A stretch of DNA of 64,000 nt from an uncultured Pseudobdellovibrionaceae bacterium (lineage in GTDB: Bacteria > Bdellovibrionota > Bdellovibrionia > Bdellovibrionales > UBA1609), in NCBI GenBank assembly GCA_963803705.1, contig CAWDNU010000003.1:333485-397484 (forward strand). The letters run 5' to 3'. The first letter of the stretch is position 1, and each line of letters opens with the position of its first letter. Below the pieces are notes generated by a model. It worked only from the letters and a program-made list of their open reading frames with translations. It did not search any database and had not been told where the DNA came from. A program made the translations under genes and the position numbers. Below, one piece after another: positions 10,084 to 19,866 of this stretch.

Positions 10084-11504
10084 TGAAACAATTTTTTTTA
10101 GTGTTATTTTTTCCAATTATTTTCACTTTAGCCGGTTGCGATGATAAAGCAGACCCATTCAGAAATAAGAGTGATGCGGTTAGGGACGCTGAAGTTAAAC
10201 CTACTGCTGATGATCCGATTCCTGGAATCAGCCCAAATGCTATGGATATAACATTAGTTAGAGACCTAGATTCATTATATTTCGAAGAGGGCGTTGAGTA
10301 CGCTTATGAGGTCAACGTCAGATTATATCTACCTAATATCGATTTCGAAGCCGAGCTAGTGGGTGCCCCAGAAGGAATGACTTTAGAGCTAAAGAGTGAA
10401 TTTAACGGCGAAGTCGTAACGTCCCCAGTAGATACTGACGCAGATATCACTGATGCTGCTGATGAGGTCACAGGTGATGTTGCAAATGAGAACGATGCTG
10501 AACCTGCATCTGTCGCGAATCAAAAAATTTACATTATAAGATGGAAGCCTGGATTTGATACCATTCCCGACGTTACTATTCCATCCATAACTAGGTTTTT
10601 AACTTTTAAAGTTAACGTTGGTGCTGACAAAGTTAGAACTAAGTCATTTAGGTATAACGTTAACCAAGCTACCACAAAGCTTAAAATCGCAGGGTTTGAA
10701 ATTGATCCCGATTTGAGAGAGGGCGAGAAGCGAGGATTAGCGAAGATTTATGTAAGTTACCCTGGATTGTTAAGTACATCTAAGTTTCCCCAAATTTTTA
10801 TTGATACCACTAGTAATTCTCCAGTGGCTGCATGCACAAATCTACCGCCTTTGTTTGAACTGAACTCAGCTAAATATATTGATGATCCAAAAGATCCAAA
10901 TTTTGAAAACATAGAATACAATTACACCGTGAACCTGACTAAGTTCGATATCACTACTAATTCAGTATCTTGTAATCTGAACTTGTTTGTAGTGAATCTA
11001 GGTAACGTTTCGGATCCATACCCGGTTAATGTTGTGGTCTTGAACACCATTACTGATCCAGAAACCACTTGGGGTGAAAATATCAACCTAACTTTTGAGC
11101 AAGAAAAGGAAACAGCATTTTACTTTCAAGTTTATGGTGTTAAAAATGAGGGATCTATTAAAGTTGACTTTCCAACTCCTTGTTCGCAGATTTTTAAAAG
11201 ACAGGGTGATTGTAAGTGCAGGACTTTCAAAGGCTATAATTATAGGCACAAAGTTGAATGCTTAGTTGAAGTGAATCACAAAAAAACATTTTCAAAGCAA
11301 TCTTACCCAATTGTCTTCACTGCACAGATGGTCAATGGTCCTTCGGCGTCATCCAAGCGCATTACTTTTAGACGAACGATTACGTTTAGCCCTAAAGGAA
11401 TTGGTTTTTTCGATGTCGACGGCGCTACAGATATCAACGATGCCGAAACCGATGCGAAAGGTAATGAACTAACCCAAGACCAAATGAAAAGTAGAGCCCA
11501 ATAG
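10083..11504 (+). CDS. Lipoprotein of unknown function, beta-rich, with acidic linker
   Basis: Lipobox LAGC; Asp/Ala-rich insert; Cys pairs; TAATG coupling with upstream gene. Confidence 0.7.
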   Translation: MKQFFLVLFFPIIFTLAGCDDKADPFRNKSDAVRDAEVKPTADDPIPGISPNAMDITLVRDLDSLYFEEGVEYAYEVNVRLYLPNIDFEAELVGAPEGMTLELKSEFNGEVVTSPVDTDADITDAADEVTGDVANENDAEPASVANQKIYIIRWKPGFDTIPDVTIPSITRFLTFKVNVGADKVRTKSFRYNVNQATTKLKIAGFEIDPDLREGEKRGLAKIYVSYPGLLSTSKFPQIFIDTTSNSPVAACTNLPPLFELNSAKYIDDPKDPNFENIEYNYTVNLTKFDITTNSVSCNLNLFVVNLGNVSDPYPVNVVVLNTITDPETTWGENINLTFEQEKETAFYFQVYGVKNEGSIKVDFPTPCSQIFKRQGDCKCRTFKGYNYRHKVECLVEVNHKKTFSKQSYPIVFTAQMVNGPSASSKRITFRRTITFSPKGIGFFDVDGATDINDAETDAKGNELTQDQMKSRAQ

Positions 11505-11529
11505 GCGTAGTCTATAATAAGGAGAATTT

Positions 11530-12207
11530 ATGAAATTAATGTCAATATTTACAATGGTTATTCTAGCTTTCGCACAGCCCTCTTGGAGCTCGGATCTTTT
11601 AGAGGACTTTGACTCCTTAGGCGGAAACTCTGACCTATATGAAAAGGCAACTGCGTTAAGCCCTGAGCTGAAAACTCAAGTGATTCAGAATCGAATTGTA
11701 AGCCGCAGACTTAGGTTGGAAGTTTCACCTACTTACTCTACCTACTGGGGTGGAAATCCTTACATATCAAGTCAATCTGCAGGTATGGAATTTTCATTTC
11801 ACCTTAATCCAAGATGGTCCTTGGATGCCTCGTATCACTTTGCGTTCACAAATAATACCACTTCTGAGGGCGAGTTTTTGATCAATAATGATATTGTACC
11901 GGACATTGATTTTCCAACTTCATCAATGATGGGATTTGTAACCTACTATCCTCTATACGGAAAACTTAATATGTTCGAAAATATCGTACACTTCGACATC
12001 TACACTTCACTGGGTGTAGGCTCTACTGAACTTAGATTTGGTAACCAAGCAACTTTGGGCGCCAATTTAGGTATGGGCATATGGTGGAGTCAACATCTGA
12101 CCACACGAATTGGTTATCGTTACTTAACTTATGAAGCACAGCTTAAGAACGGTCCACAACAGTTAGATATGTCTTCTGGATTCTTATCAGTGGGGTACTT
12201 ACTATGA
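11530..12207 (+). CDS. Outer-membrane beta-barrel protein (GltA/GltB-like)
   Basis: Signal peptide, VIQNR, PLYGKL...HFDIY motif, alternating beta pattern ending VGYLL. Confidence 0.8.
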   Translation: MKLMSIFTMVILAFAQPSWSSDLLEDFDSLGGNSDLYEKATALSPELKTQVIQNRIVSRRLRLEVSPTYSTYWGGNPYISSQSAGMEFSFHLNPRWSLDASYHFAFTNNTTSEGEFLINNDIVPDIDFPTSSMMGFVTYYPLYGKLNMFENIVHFDIYTSLGVGSTELRFGNQATLGANLGMGIWWSQHLTTRIGYRYLTYEAQLKNGPQQLDMSSGFLSVGYLL

Positions 12208-13796
12208 GTTATAATTTACTTTTCGTTGTGGCATTAATTTTTTCTTCCAGTGCTCAAGCAAACGACATTATGGATCTGCTTGGAGGTAAGGAAGCCAAAG
12301 TTGAAGAGATTGGTAAAGATAAAAGTCTAACCAAAGAGTTACGACGACAAATTGGATCAATGAATGCTGAACAGAATATCTTATTTAACTTTCTTGATAA
12401 GGGCGAATACGAAAAAGCCTTTTATCAGTGGGGCTCAGCATTTGATGGCACTAAATTTGCCTATTCGCCCACAGGACGAGCTCTTAAAGCATATTTGTTT
12501 TATAAAGTAGGTTTAGAGATAAACGCTTTAGAAATGTTAACTAGTATTCAAAACCCAGGTACTATCAAAAAACAGATGCTAAGTTTTTGGAAAGAAACAG
12601 CACCTGCAAACTCACCAACTTGGGCATTATCTGATATAAAATGGGATCCGATTTGGACAGATGTTTTTGGACGACGCGCTGAGGTTCAAGTCAAAAGCAA
12701 AAGGCTAGTGGACGCAAGCGACTACAAGGCTATCGAATCTCTACTTCGTAAATCTAGTGAGGATACAGAAGAAAGAGCCTGGTTGGAATGGCAATTGGCT
12801 TTGCACTTTGCACTCAACGGGGATGCGGCAAAAGGGTCTAAAGTACTAAGCTTATTGATGAAAGAAAAAGAAAATTTCATTGACCCAAACCTGATGAATA
12901 TAACTGCAGCACGAATGCTTTATGAAAATGGATACTTGGACGCGGCAGTGAAATACTATAAAACCGTGCCTAAAAAATCAGACTACTGGTTTACAGCCCA
13001 AGAAGAATTGGCATGGTCATATATTCGTAGAGGTGAGCCCCAAAATACATTAGCCGTAACAAAATCCTTAGTTCAGCCTGGATTTAAAGCCTTGATCGGC
13101 CCTGAGGCAGTCTTTTTAAGGGCTTTGTCGCAGTTGAAAGTTTGTGACTATAAGGGAGCTGCAAAGTCTTTAGTTGATTTTAAAAAGTATTTTAGGCCTA
13201 AGGCCCAAAACCTTGAGTCTTTGATGGCAGATAATCAGAAACCTATTGAATACTTCTTTAATCTTTTAGAAGAGAAAGGAAGGATGCCTCTTGCGAAGCT
13301 TAAGTCCAAAGCTTACGAGCTTCCCAGGTACGTGACCAGAGACGAGGTGCTCTACATCCTATCTCAAAGAGCTTTTGGCTTGAAGAAAGAAGCAAAAAAA
13401 GCTGACGAGCTGTATTCAAGGTCATTAGCCGGAGGAACTGCTAAAGTTGGTTTTCAAGCTGATATTAATGATATTAAGGTCGGCACACAAAATAAATTTC
13501 AGACTGCAAAAAATGCTTTTTACAACCGCGTTAAGTCGCTTGCAACTGAAGAGATAACAGAAATTAACCAGATCTTACAGAAAATGCACATCGTCGAGGC
13601 TGAAATTTTGCAACAGATAACTGTTTCTTCTGACATAGCTTCAACTGACAGAAGTATGTTTGATAAGAAAAAAGGTTCCACAGGCTCTGAAGCTAAAGAC
13701 GTCCTAAGGTTTCCTGCTACAGACGAAATTTGGTTTGATGAAATATCTAATTTTAAAATTGATGTCAAAAAAGGGTGTCAAATCTCTAAACAGTAG
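12204..13796 (+). CDS. Exported TPR protein (GltC-like)
   Basis: Y..VPKKSDYW..A.EE.AW, PEA.FLRAL..L..CDY, terminal WFDEI.N..(C) motif. Confidence 0.75.
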   Translation: MSYNLLFVVALIFSSSAQANDIMDLLGGKEAKVEEIGKDKSLTKELRRQIGSMNAEQNILFNFLDKGEYEKAFYQWGSAFDGTKFAYSPTGRALKAYLFYKVGLEINALEMLTSIQNPGTIKKQMLSFWKETAPANSPTWALSDIKWDPIWTDVFGRRAEVQVKSKRLVDASDYKAIESLLRKSSEDTEERAWLEWQLALHFALNGDAAKGSKVLSLLMKEKENFIDPNLMNITAARMLYENGYLDAAVKYYKTVPKKSDYWFTAQEELAWSYIRRGEPQNTLAVTKSLVQPGFKALIGPEAVFLRALSQLKVCDYKGAAKSLVDFKKYFRPKAQNLESLMADNQKPIEYFFNLLEEKGRMPLAKLKSKAYELPRYVTRDEVLYILSQRAFGLKKEAKKADELYSRSLAGGTAKVGFQADINDIKVGTQNKFQTAKNAFYNRVKSLATEEITEINQILQKMHIVEAEILQQITVSSDIASTDRSMFDKKKGSTGSEAKDVLRFPATDEIWFDEISNFKIDVKKGCQISKQ

Positions 13797-13808
13797 GAGT
13801 AAATAAAA

Positions 13809-14900
13809 GTGCTGAACAGACTTTCATTTATATTTTTTGGATTGATGATCATTGCAGGTTGCTATGATGGCGACAAAACCTTGATTCCAAGGCAGCCTTA
13901 TGTACCTTTAGAAGTTGAGGAAGGTTACAACCTGGTTTTTGAACCTAAAGTTGATATTTTGTTTCTGATTGATAATTCTGGAAGTATGTCTCAACATCAG
14001 AAGAGAGTCGCCGACAATATTGACCTTTTTGCAACTGCAATGGGTAAAAATAAGTTTTTAGATTATCAGATAGGTGTCATCTCAACCGATCACGATCCTT
14101 CAAAATCAAATTCTCATTCGGGTAAGCTTCAAGGTCGACCAAACTTTGTAACACGAGATATGGTCACTGGCCTTGATGATTTAAAGAGCAACATCACGGG
14201 ACTGCGAACCTCTGGATCTGCTAGAGAAATGTTTTTTGACCCTTTGATGTATGCTATTTCAACTAGTCAGAACTTAAATCCCGATTTCATGCGCCCTGAA
14301 GCTTTTTTTGCACTTATCATCGTTTCTGATAGCTATGATCAAAGCCGGGAAACTTCTGGATTTAAGGTTTTAGACACCCTGGTAAGACAAAAAGCATATG
14401 ATACCGATCGGGTTCTTGGTTATGCGGTTCTTGCATACCCAGAGTACTTTGGTCAGCCTTGCAACAGAGAGGAAAAGCCTCCCGAGAACTTATTTGACTT
14501 TATGCTGGGATTTTCAAATTCATCAAATACTCAGATCGGAGGAGGAGTGTCCGCTCCGATCTCTAATCCCACTGTGCCTCAACGCTATCAAACTTTGACA
14601 AATGTTTTTAGTTTATGTGACCCCCAGTTTGGTCAGAAGGTAGCTGACATAGGCGAGGACATAAGAATAAGGGTTTCAGAGAAGATACCTCTCCCAGTGA
14701 GACCAGTTGATGGAACGATCAAGTTAAAATACGGGAAACAAGTGGTAGATAAGAAGTGGTGGAAATATGATTTTTCTTCCAATAGCATCATCTTGAACCC
14801 GTTGGTCGAATTAGATGAAACTCAAGTAGATGCGCAGCTGTTTGTAGTTATGGATCAAGCCGACACAGAGTCAGCTATTGGCGATCCTAACCCAAGGTAG
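13809..14900 (+). CDS. VWA-domain lipoprotein (CglB-like adhesin candidate)
   Basis: Lipobox IAGC; MIDAS KVDILFLIDNSGSM; IGVISTD; IIVSDSYDQS. Confidence 0.8.
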   Translation: MLNRLSFIFFGLMIIAGCYDGDKTLIPRQPYVPLEVEEGYNLVFEPKVDILFLIDNSGSMSQHQKRVADNIDLFATAMGKNKFLDYQIGVISTDHDPSKSNSHSGKLQGRPNFVTRDMVTGLDDLKSNITGLRTSGSAREMFFDPLMYAISTSQNLNPDFMRPEAFFALIIVSDSYDQSRETSGFKVLDTLVRQKAYDTDRVLGYAVLAYPEYFGQPCNREEKPPENLFDFMLGFSNSSNTQIGGGVSAPISNPTVPQRYQTLTNVFSLCDPQFGQKVADIGEDIRIRVSEKIPLPVRPVDGTIKLKYGKQVVDKKWWKYDFSSNSIILNPLVELDETQVDAQLFVVMDQADTESAIGDPNPR

Positions 14901-14932
14901 AGAGCTTGGTGCCTACGACCGAGCTCTATTTG
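14901..14932 (+). terminator. Hairpin directly after gliding operon (possible terminator)
   Basis: agagcttggt-gcctacg-accgagctct 10-bp stem (one G-U); weak U-tract. Confidence 0.45.
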
Positions 14933-15114
14933 CTGTATTAATTTCTGAAGTAGCTGTTCATCAACTGTTCTACTTTGCCTCTCGGCCACTCTGAGATTAA
15001 GTTAGAGTGGTGTCAAAATGCCTTCAAATTAGATGAGTCTATAAAAAAAATCACATGATCCGCTATACCTTAAGTAAGCTCGTCACTTCAGTGCCACTTT
15101 GGCACTGAAAAGTT

Positions 15115-15130
15115 TGGCCCCTGTATTGCT
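15115..15130 (+). promoter_or_regulatory. sigma54 (-24/-12) promoter
   Basis: TGGCCCCTGTATTGCT: GG-N10-GC with TTGCT; predicted +1 near 15141. Confidence 0.65.
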
Positions 15131-15140
15131 AATGTAGAGG

Positions 15141-15247
15141 TAGCTGTTCGGGGGAGCAGAAGATATCAAGGATGATATCAAAACTAATTGGTAAGTCGGG
15201 GAGGGCTTTTTTATAAAATTTTCCAAGGATGGAAAAGTTATTTTTTT
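15141..15247 (+). ncRNA. Putative CsrA/RsmA-titrating small RNA
   Basis: Four consecutive hairpins carrying GGA, two with CAAGGATG; starts at predicted sigma54 +1; U-tracts; no plausible ORF. Confidence 0.55.
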
Positions 15248-15966
15248 ACGCAGTAAACGATCGATAGATCGTCATCGTTGTTTTTGTACAGCTTTTCTAA
15301 CCAGGTTTTTATTTGATCGATCCCATCTTCTTTTTTGCTGTAAATATCCTGACAATGTTCTCTAATTTTTTCGAAGGAGTCAAAAAACTGTTCCAATCCG
15401 TCAGAGTGAAAAAGAATTTGGGAACCTTTATTTAGCTTGATATTTTCTGTAATTTCGAAGCGCGGGTTTTGGATTCCAATACAGTTGACTAAAACGTGAT
15501 CCTCACCGACTTTGGAACCAAAGTGGTCCTCTATTATTTTAGACTGATTATGAATCCAGTTTTGAAATGTCAATTCCCCGTTAGGCTCAAAAATGTAGAA
15601 TGACGAATCTCCAAGGCCCAAGTAGTAATTAAACTTTTTAGAAAACACAAAAAGATCAAATGTTGATGCTAAATCCTTTTTAAGATAGTCCTTGTTTCTT
15701 TTGATAAGTAGCTCTGTAATTTTACCCAATCTAGGTTTTTTAGAGCTGATAGAGTCAAAATGTGATTCAAAAGCTTCTACTAAAATTTGCGATGATCTCT
15801 CTGGAGAAGATGTTGAAGAAACGCCATCACAATTGATTAAGTAGTTAAAATTAAGAGTTTCCCCGGCAGAACTATTGTCCCCACAAGGTTTGCCTTCTTT
15901 AGATTTAAGAAATCTAAATCCAAATACATTTTCAAATTCAAAAAAATCTAAAAATAAGCTACTCAA
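15238..15966 (-). CDS. PP2C/PPM-family protein phosphatase-like
   Basis: CGDN, NCDGVSS, GLGDS, FHSDGL, DDDLSIV motifs. Confidence 0.75.
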   Translation of the reverse strand: MSSLFLDFFEFENVFGFRFLKSKEGKPCGDNSSAGETLNFNYLINCDGVSSTSSPERSSQILVEAFESHFDSISSKKPRLGKITELLIKRNKDYLKKDLASTFDLFVFSKKFNYYLGLGDSSFYIFEPNGELTFQNWIHNQSKIIEDHFGSKVGEDHVLVNCIGIQNPRFEITENIKLNKGSQILFHSDGLEQFFDSFEKIREHCQDIYSKKEDGIDQIKTWLEKLYKNNDDDLSIVYCVKK

Positions 15967-16050
15967 GTTTTGTGATATCCTATGGTTAAGAACTTATCTT
16001 ATAGTATAGAGTAACCTCTACACTATTTTAAAATTAATAAACTTAAGTGC

Positions 16051-16077
16051 TTATCGGAATTTACGAATCTTTAGTAA
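16051..16077 (-). promoter_or_regulatory. Possible sigma28 promoter for the phosphatase
   Basis: Minus-strand TCCGATAA -10 element; -35 poorly conserved. Confidence 0.35.
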
Positions 16078-16383
16078 AGTTACCGTATATGATGATCTGG
16101 CCTATAGACTAGCTAAATAAGGCCAAAATAGTTTTTGAATCCCATCTATTTAATTAGTAAGACTCGTCTAGGTTTTGATAAATAGAATTTTTAACTAAGT
16201 AAATGCTTTGTACTGCTGTTCCGGATTTAGACGTAATCCCCCATAGACCGAGTAGTTCCAGTTCGTCCATTAGAAGCTAGGCACTTGATAGGTGTTTAAA
16301 ATTTCCGAATAGCAAAACAATCAAGATAACTCCTTACTTAAGCTTGAAGGAGGACTTATTTTTACCACTTAGGAAATAAAAAA

Positions 16384-16460
<77 letters not shown>

Positions 16461-16472
16461 CCAGGAAGGTCA

Positions 16473-16501
16473 AATTTAGGCTTTTCAAACCTCAAAGTCA
16501 A
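16473..16501 (-). promoter_or_regulatory. sigma70 promoter of tRNA-fMet
   Basis: TTGACT-N17-TAAATT just upstream of the tRNA. Confidence 0.7.
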
Positions 16502-16552
16502 TAGTAGTTTAGACCTTTAAAGTCTTGTAATAATTAAGCTCAAAAGTGGTTC

Positions 16553-17281
16553 ATGACAAAAAAATCAATTAAAAATTTCAATTTTAAAGAAGGTCAGCTC
16601 TTAAACAGTAAGTACAGAATACTTTCTAGATTAGGAAAGGGTTGGGAAGGCGAAGTTTACGCCATTGAAGAGATAAATACAAAAATAGTAAGAGCCGCCA
16701 AATTTTTTTACTCAGCAAGAAACGCTAAAAATAAAACTTTGCTTGGCTATGCAAAAAAATTAAATAATTTAAACGATGTTACGATTATCATTAAATACAT
16801 TACCCAAGAGGAAATGGAGTTTAAGAAGCAGTCGATATTATTTCTTGTCTCTGAATATATTGAAGCGACTAGTCTAGAGGATTATATTAATAGCACTAAG
16901 AGAAAAGCTGTGCCTATTTTTGAGGCTTCCCATATCTTTTACCAGCTAGTCAAAGGTGTAGAGCAAATACATCTAAAGGGCGAATTTCATGGAGATCTTC
17001 ATACGGGTAATGTTTTACTTAGGCAAAAAGGTCTAGCATTTGAGTTAAAGCTTATAGACCTTTTTTTGTGGAAGGGTAACAAGCGCGAGTTTCAAAGAGC
17101 AGATATTGTGGAATTGATTCGCATCTTTTACGAGATACTAGGTGGTAAAAAAAATTACAGTAAACTTCCCGGGTCGTTTAAAAATATAATTTGTGGAAAA
17201 AGAAATGATTTAATTTTAAAAAAATTCCCGAAAATTTCAAATTTAAGTGTCACGTTAGAAAATCTAAGTTGGACAGACTAA
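16553..17281 (+). CDS. Compact Ser/Thr protein kinase
   Basis: LGKGWEGEVY Gly loop, AAK, HGDLHTGNVLL, LIDLF. Confidence 0.85.
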   Translation: MTKKSIKNFNFKEGQLLNSKYRILSRLGKGWEGEVYAIEEINTKIVRAAKFFYSARNAKNKTLLGYAKKLNNLNDVTIIIKYITQEEMEFKKQSILFLVSEYIEATSLEDYINSTKRKAVPIFEASHIFYQLVKGVEQIHLKGEFHGDLHTGNVLLRQKGLAFELKLIDLFLWKGNKREFQRADIVELIRIFYEILGGKKNYSKLPGSFKNIICGKRNDLILKKFPKISNLSVTLENLSWTD

Positions 17282-17383
17282 ATTCTAACTCAGCCAGCAG
17301 TTTGTAAAACAAAAATAATTCTGACTTTATTTCATATTAATATTTGTTTTTGAAAAAATTTGACTATTTAAATCTAAAAATTG

Positions 17384-17845
17384 TTATTGCCAAATTTTAA
17401 GCTCCCTTAGAGTAGGGAGCCTTTTCGAAAGTAAAACCTCTGTGCTTTTAGTTATTTTGCCGTTGTTAAAAGATATTAAGGTCGCTTCTTGATCAAAAAT
17501 TTTTAATCTATTTATTAGTCTAAATCCTGGGTCCAAATAAAATTCATCTAGAATATTCTTTGGGATCCCATACTTTTCTAACAAATTTTGGGCTCGGGCT
17601 ATGGGTTTTTTACCCACTACAATTATAAAGTTTTTTGCAGAATTTTTAACTAATTTAGAGATATTATCAAAACAAGATTTGCAGGATGCATTGACGTATA
17701 AAATATTTGCTTTACTGCTTTCGGTTAACAGCACCACTTTATCGGTGTCTTGAATTGACTGCAGCAGAAATGACACTCGAGCTACAGCTTGGTGTGACCA
17801 TAAAAGATAAGAAAATAAGATAACTAGAATGTATTTATTTTTCAT
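17384..17845 (-). CDS. Exported thioredoxin-fold-like protein
   Basis: Signal peptide; LYVNASCKSC (CxxC after a beta strand); FYLDPG. Confidence 0.55.
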   Translation of the reverse strand: MKNKYILVILFSYLLWSHQAVARVSFLLQSIQDTDKVVLLTESSKANILYVNASCKSCFDNISKLVKNSAKNFIIVVGKKPIARAQNLLEKYGIPKNILDEFYLDPGFRLINRLKIFDQEATLISFNNGKITKSTEVLLSKRLPTLRELKIWQ

Positions 17846-17858
17846 AATTAATGATTAC

Positions 17859-19766
17859 CTAGTTACCGTATGTTGGCCTAAAAATATAGAGTCCATTCTG
17901 GAATTCTCCTATAGACATGGGCGAATTTCTTCTGTTGTTCAAAAATTTCAATGTAAACACCTTGGTAACAGTTTTAAATGGAGTTGTTCTGTTGTCATTA
18001 CAAATCAGGCCAGCAGTGATGTCTGCCCTAGGTCCAAGACAATCATAACCGGCCTTAGCGTTAGAGGTAGGATAAATACTAGTGGCTGTGACTCTTATCG
18101 AATTTAAAATGTTTCCTCTAGAAAACTGAGGCTGATCCAATGTAAAGTCCGATACTCTCTCTATAACCAGATCACCGTCATCGGGTGTTAAGACCCCGGT
18201 TGCATCAGAGGCACCTAAATCGATTACAATTCTAGAGCCTCTTCTTGTGTTGTCAAAAACTTCATTCTTTCTAACAAAAAAAACCCCAGTAGGCCTAAAT
18301 AAGCTTGTTGTTGTTGTGGCAGCCATATTAGAAAGCCTATTTTCCCGCGCAAAAAACATAAGTGTTGCACTAGGCAAGGCGCCCATAGACGCATCCGTTA
18401 GATAATTAAAAACCCTAACATAGCCGGCACCGCCAGTGCCAGTTTGTCGACCGTTTAAGTCCAGATTCGCGGGTGTTGGCAGCCTTACGTTGACCGCTAG
18501 TGAGGCTACATATTTTAAAGTGTACATTAGACGATCTAAATCTTGTTCTGCCTCTGATATCTTAGATTGCTTTAGACCTACGACTGCCATATTTACGCTA
18601 ATGTAAGCACCAGTAAGAAAAATTAATGAGGCAATCGCGCTAGAGATCATCATTTCAATCAATGTAAAACCAGCCGATTTATACAAGTTGGGACTTGATA
18701 GTTGTTTATTTGAAGATTGCTTCGATTTTGTTACAAACTTCACTGTAAACATTTTTAAATTTTGGAAAAAGAATTTGATATCTGCAAATATCTCTTTGAA
18801 GGGAACCCATAAATCGTATGTATAGGACTGAACTGCTCGGTTTTGATAGTTTGACAGACCAAATTTAAATCTTTCATTTCTTTTTGGATTGTAAAAGGTG
18901 CCAAATATGACATCCCATACAGAAAGCATTACTCCTAAGTTCACATCCCTGTGAACACGATTTCTGCTGTGGTGAGCTTGGTGCATGTGAGGACTGATAA
19001 ATATGTAACTTAAAAATTTGCCGTAGTTTAACCTTATATGAGAGTGACGCAGGTTCGAGACAAAGCTTAAGAATACATAGTTTAGTAGAGCCATCGTGTA
19101 CTTATAATCCAAATCTTTACCAATATGGAAAGCTGAAGCAAGAAGAACTATACCAGGTGCAAACAAAACTGGTTTTAAAATTATCGTATCAACAAAGTAT
19201 TCAACAGGATGTATACGGTCTTTTGTTAAAGGATTTAAAACAGTTGCTCTGTGATGGGTTGCATGAAATTTCCATAACCAAGGGACTTTGTGGTAAAAAA
19301 GGTGAACTAAGTAACTTGCAAAATCCATGTACAGAAGATTTAGTAAAGCCAGTACATATATTCCATATACGGGATCTAGATAAAACACCGGCTCTATACT
19401 TTGCAACTGAGCAAGGTAGGTGTATTCGGTAACCCACTGAATGACCTGACGGTGATTTAATAAAAAATAACCAAATATTATTGGTTTATATATAAATCTT
19501 AGGCTTAAATAGAAAAAATCTTTTTTTAGTTCGAATTTAAAACGAGATGATTTAAGAAAAGATTGAACTCTGTTTAGCGAGGTTTTTCTTTTTATCATTG
19601 AATACGCAAAATATACCAAGGCAATAATGAAAGCTGATAAAATCCAAAATATGTTGAAGGGCTGACTTAAATCAGTCATAAAGTTTGAAGTAAACTCGGA
19701 AAAAAAGTTTACAAAACCTTTATACAAAAGACTGAATAAGAGTAACATCTCATTAATCATCTTCAT
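17859..19766 (-). CDS. Sterol desaturase/fatty-acid hydroxylase domain fused to a type IV pilin-like domain
   Basis: His boxes HLFYH, HATHH, RIHP, RHSH, HQAHH; internal KSAG|FTLIEMMISSAIASLIFL prepilin site near residue 367. Confidence 0.8.
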   Translation of the reverse strand: MKMINEMLLLFSLLYKGFVNFFSEFTSNFMTDLSQPFNIFWILSAFIIALVYFAYSMIKRKTSLNRVQSFLKSSRFKFELKKDFFYLSLRFIYKPIIFGYFLLNHRQVIQWVTEYTYLAQLQSIEPVFYLDPVYGIYVLALLNLLYMDFASYLVHLFYHKVPWLWKFHATHHRATVLNPLTKDRIHPVEYFVDTIILKPVLFAPGIVLLASAFHIGKDLDYKYTMALLNYVFLSFVSNLRHSHIRLNYGKFLSYIFISPHMHQAHHSRNRVHRDVNLGVMLSVWDVIFGTFYNPKRNERFKFGLSNYQNRAVQSYTYDLWVPFKEIFADIKFFFQNLKMFTVKFVTKSKQSSNKQLSSPNLYKSAGFTLIEMMISSAIASLIFLTGAYISVNMAVVGLKQSKISEAEQDLDRLMYTLKYVASLAVNVRLPTPANLDLNGRQTGTGGAGYVRVFNYLTDASMGALPSATLMFFARENRLSNMAATTTTSLFRPTGVFFVRKNEVFDNTRRGSRIVIDLGASDATGVLTPDDGDLVIERVSDFTLDQPQFSRGNILNSIRVTATSIYPTSNAKAGYDCLGPRADITAGLICNDNRTTPFKTVTKVFTLKFLNNRRNSPMSIGEFQNGLYIFRPTYGN

Positions 19767-19866
19767 TGACTTATCCTTTGATAGGCACTAGCGATACCCG
19801 CCATAATCGTGACCCTCAACACCAACGTCACTTCCGTGCTTAGGGCTGTAATTCAATTTGACTCAT

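Noticed and set aside
16155..16330. Small minus-strand frames downstream of tRNA-fMet
   Set aside because: Interrupted by stops, under 40 aa, no recognisable homology
19788..19866. Short Gly/Asp-containing frame (LNYSPKHGSDVGVEGHDYGGYR) after the pilin stop, possible alternative tail
   Set aside because: Only 22 codons, no SD, no slippery site linking it to the pilin frame
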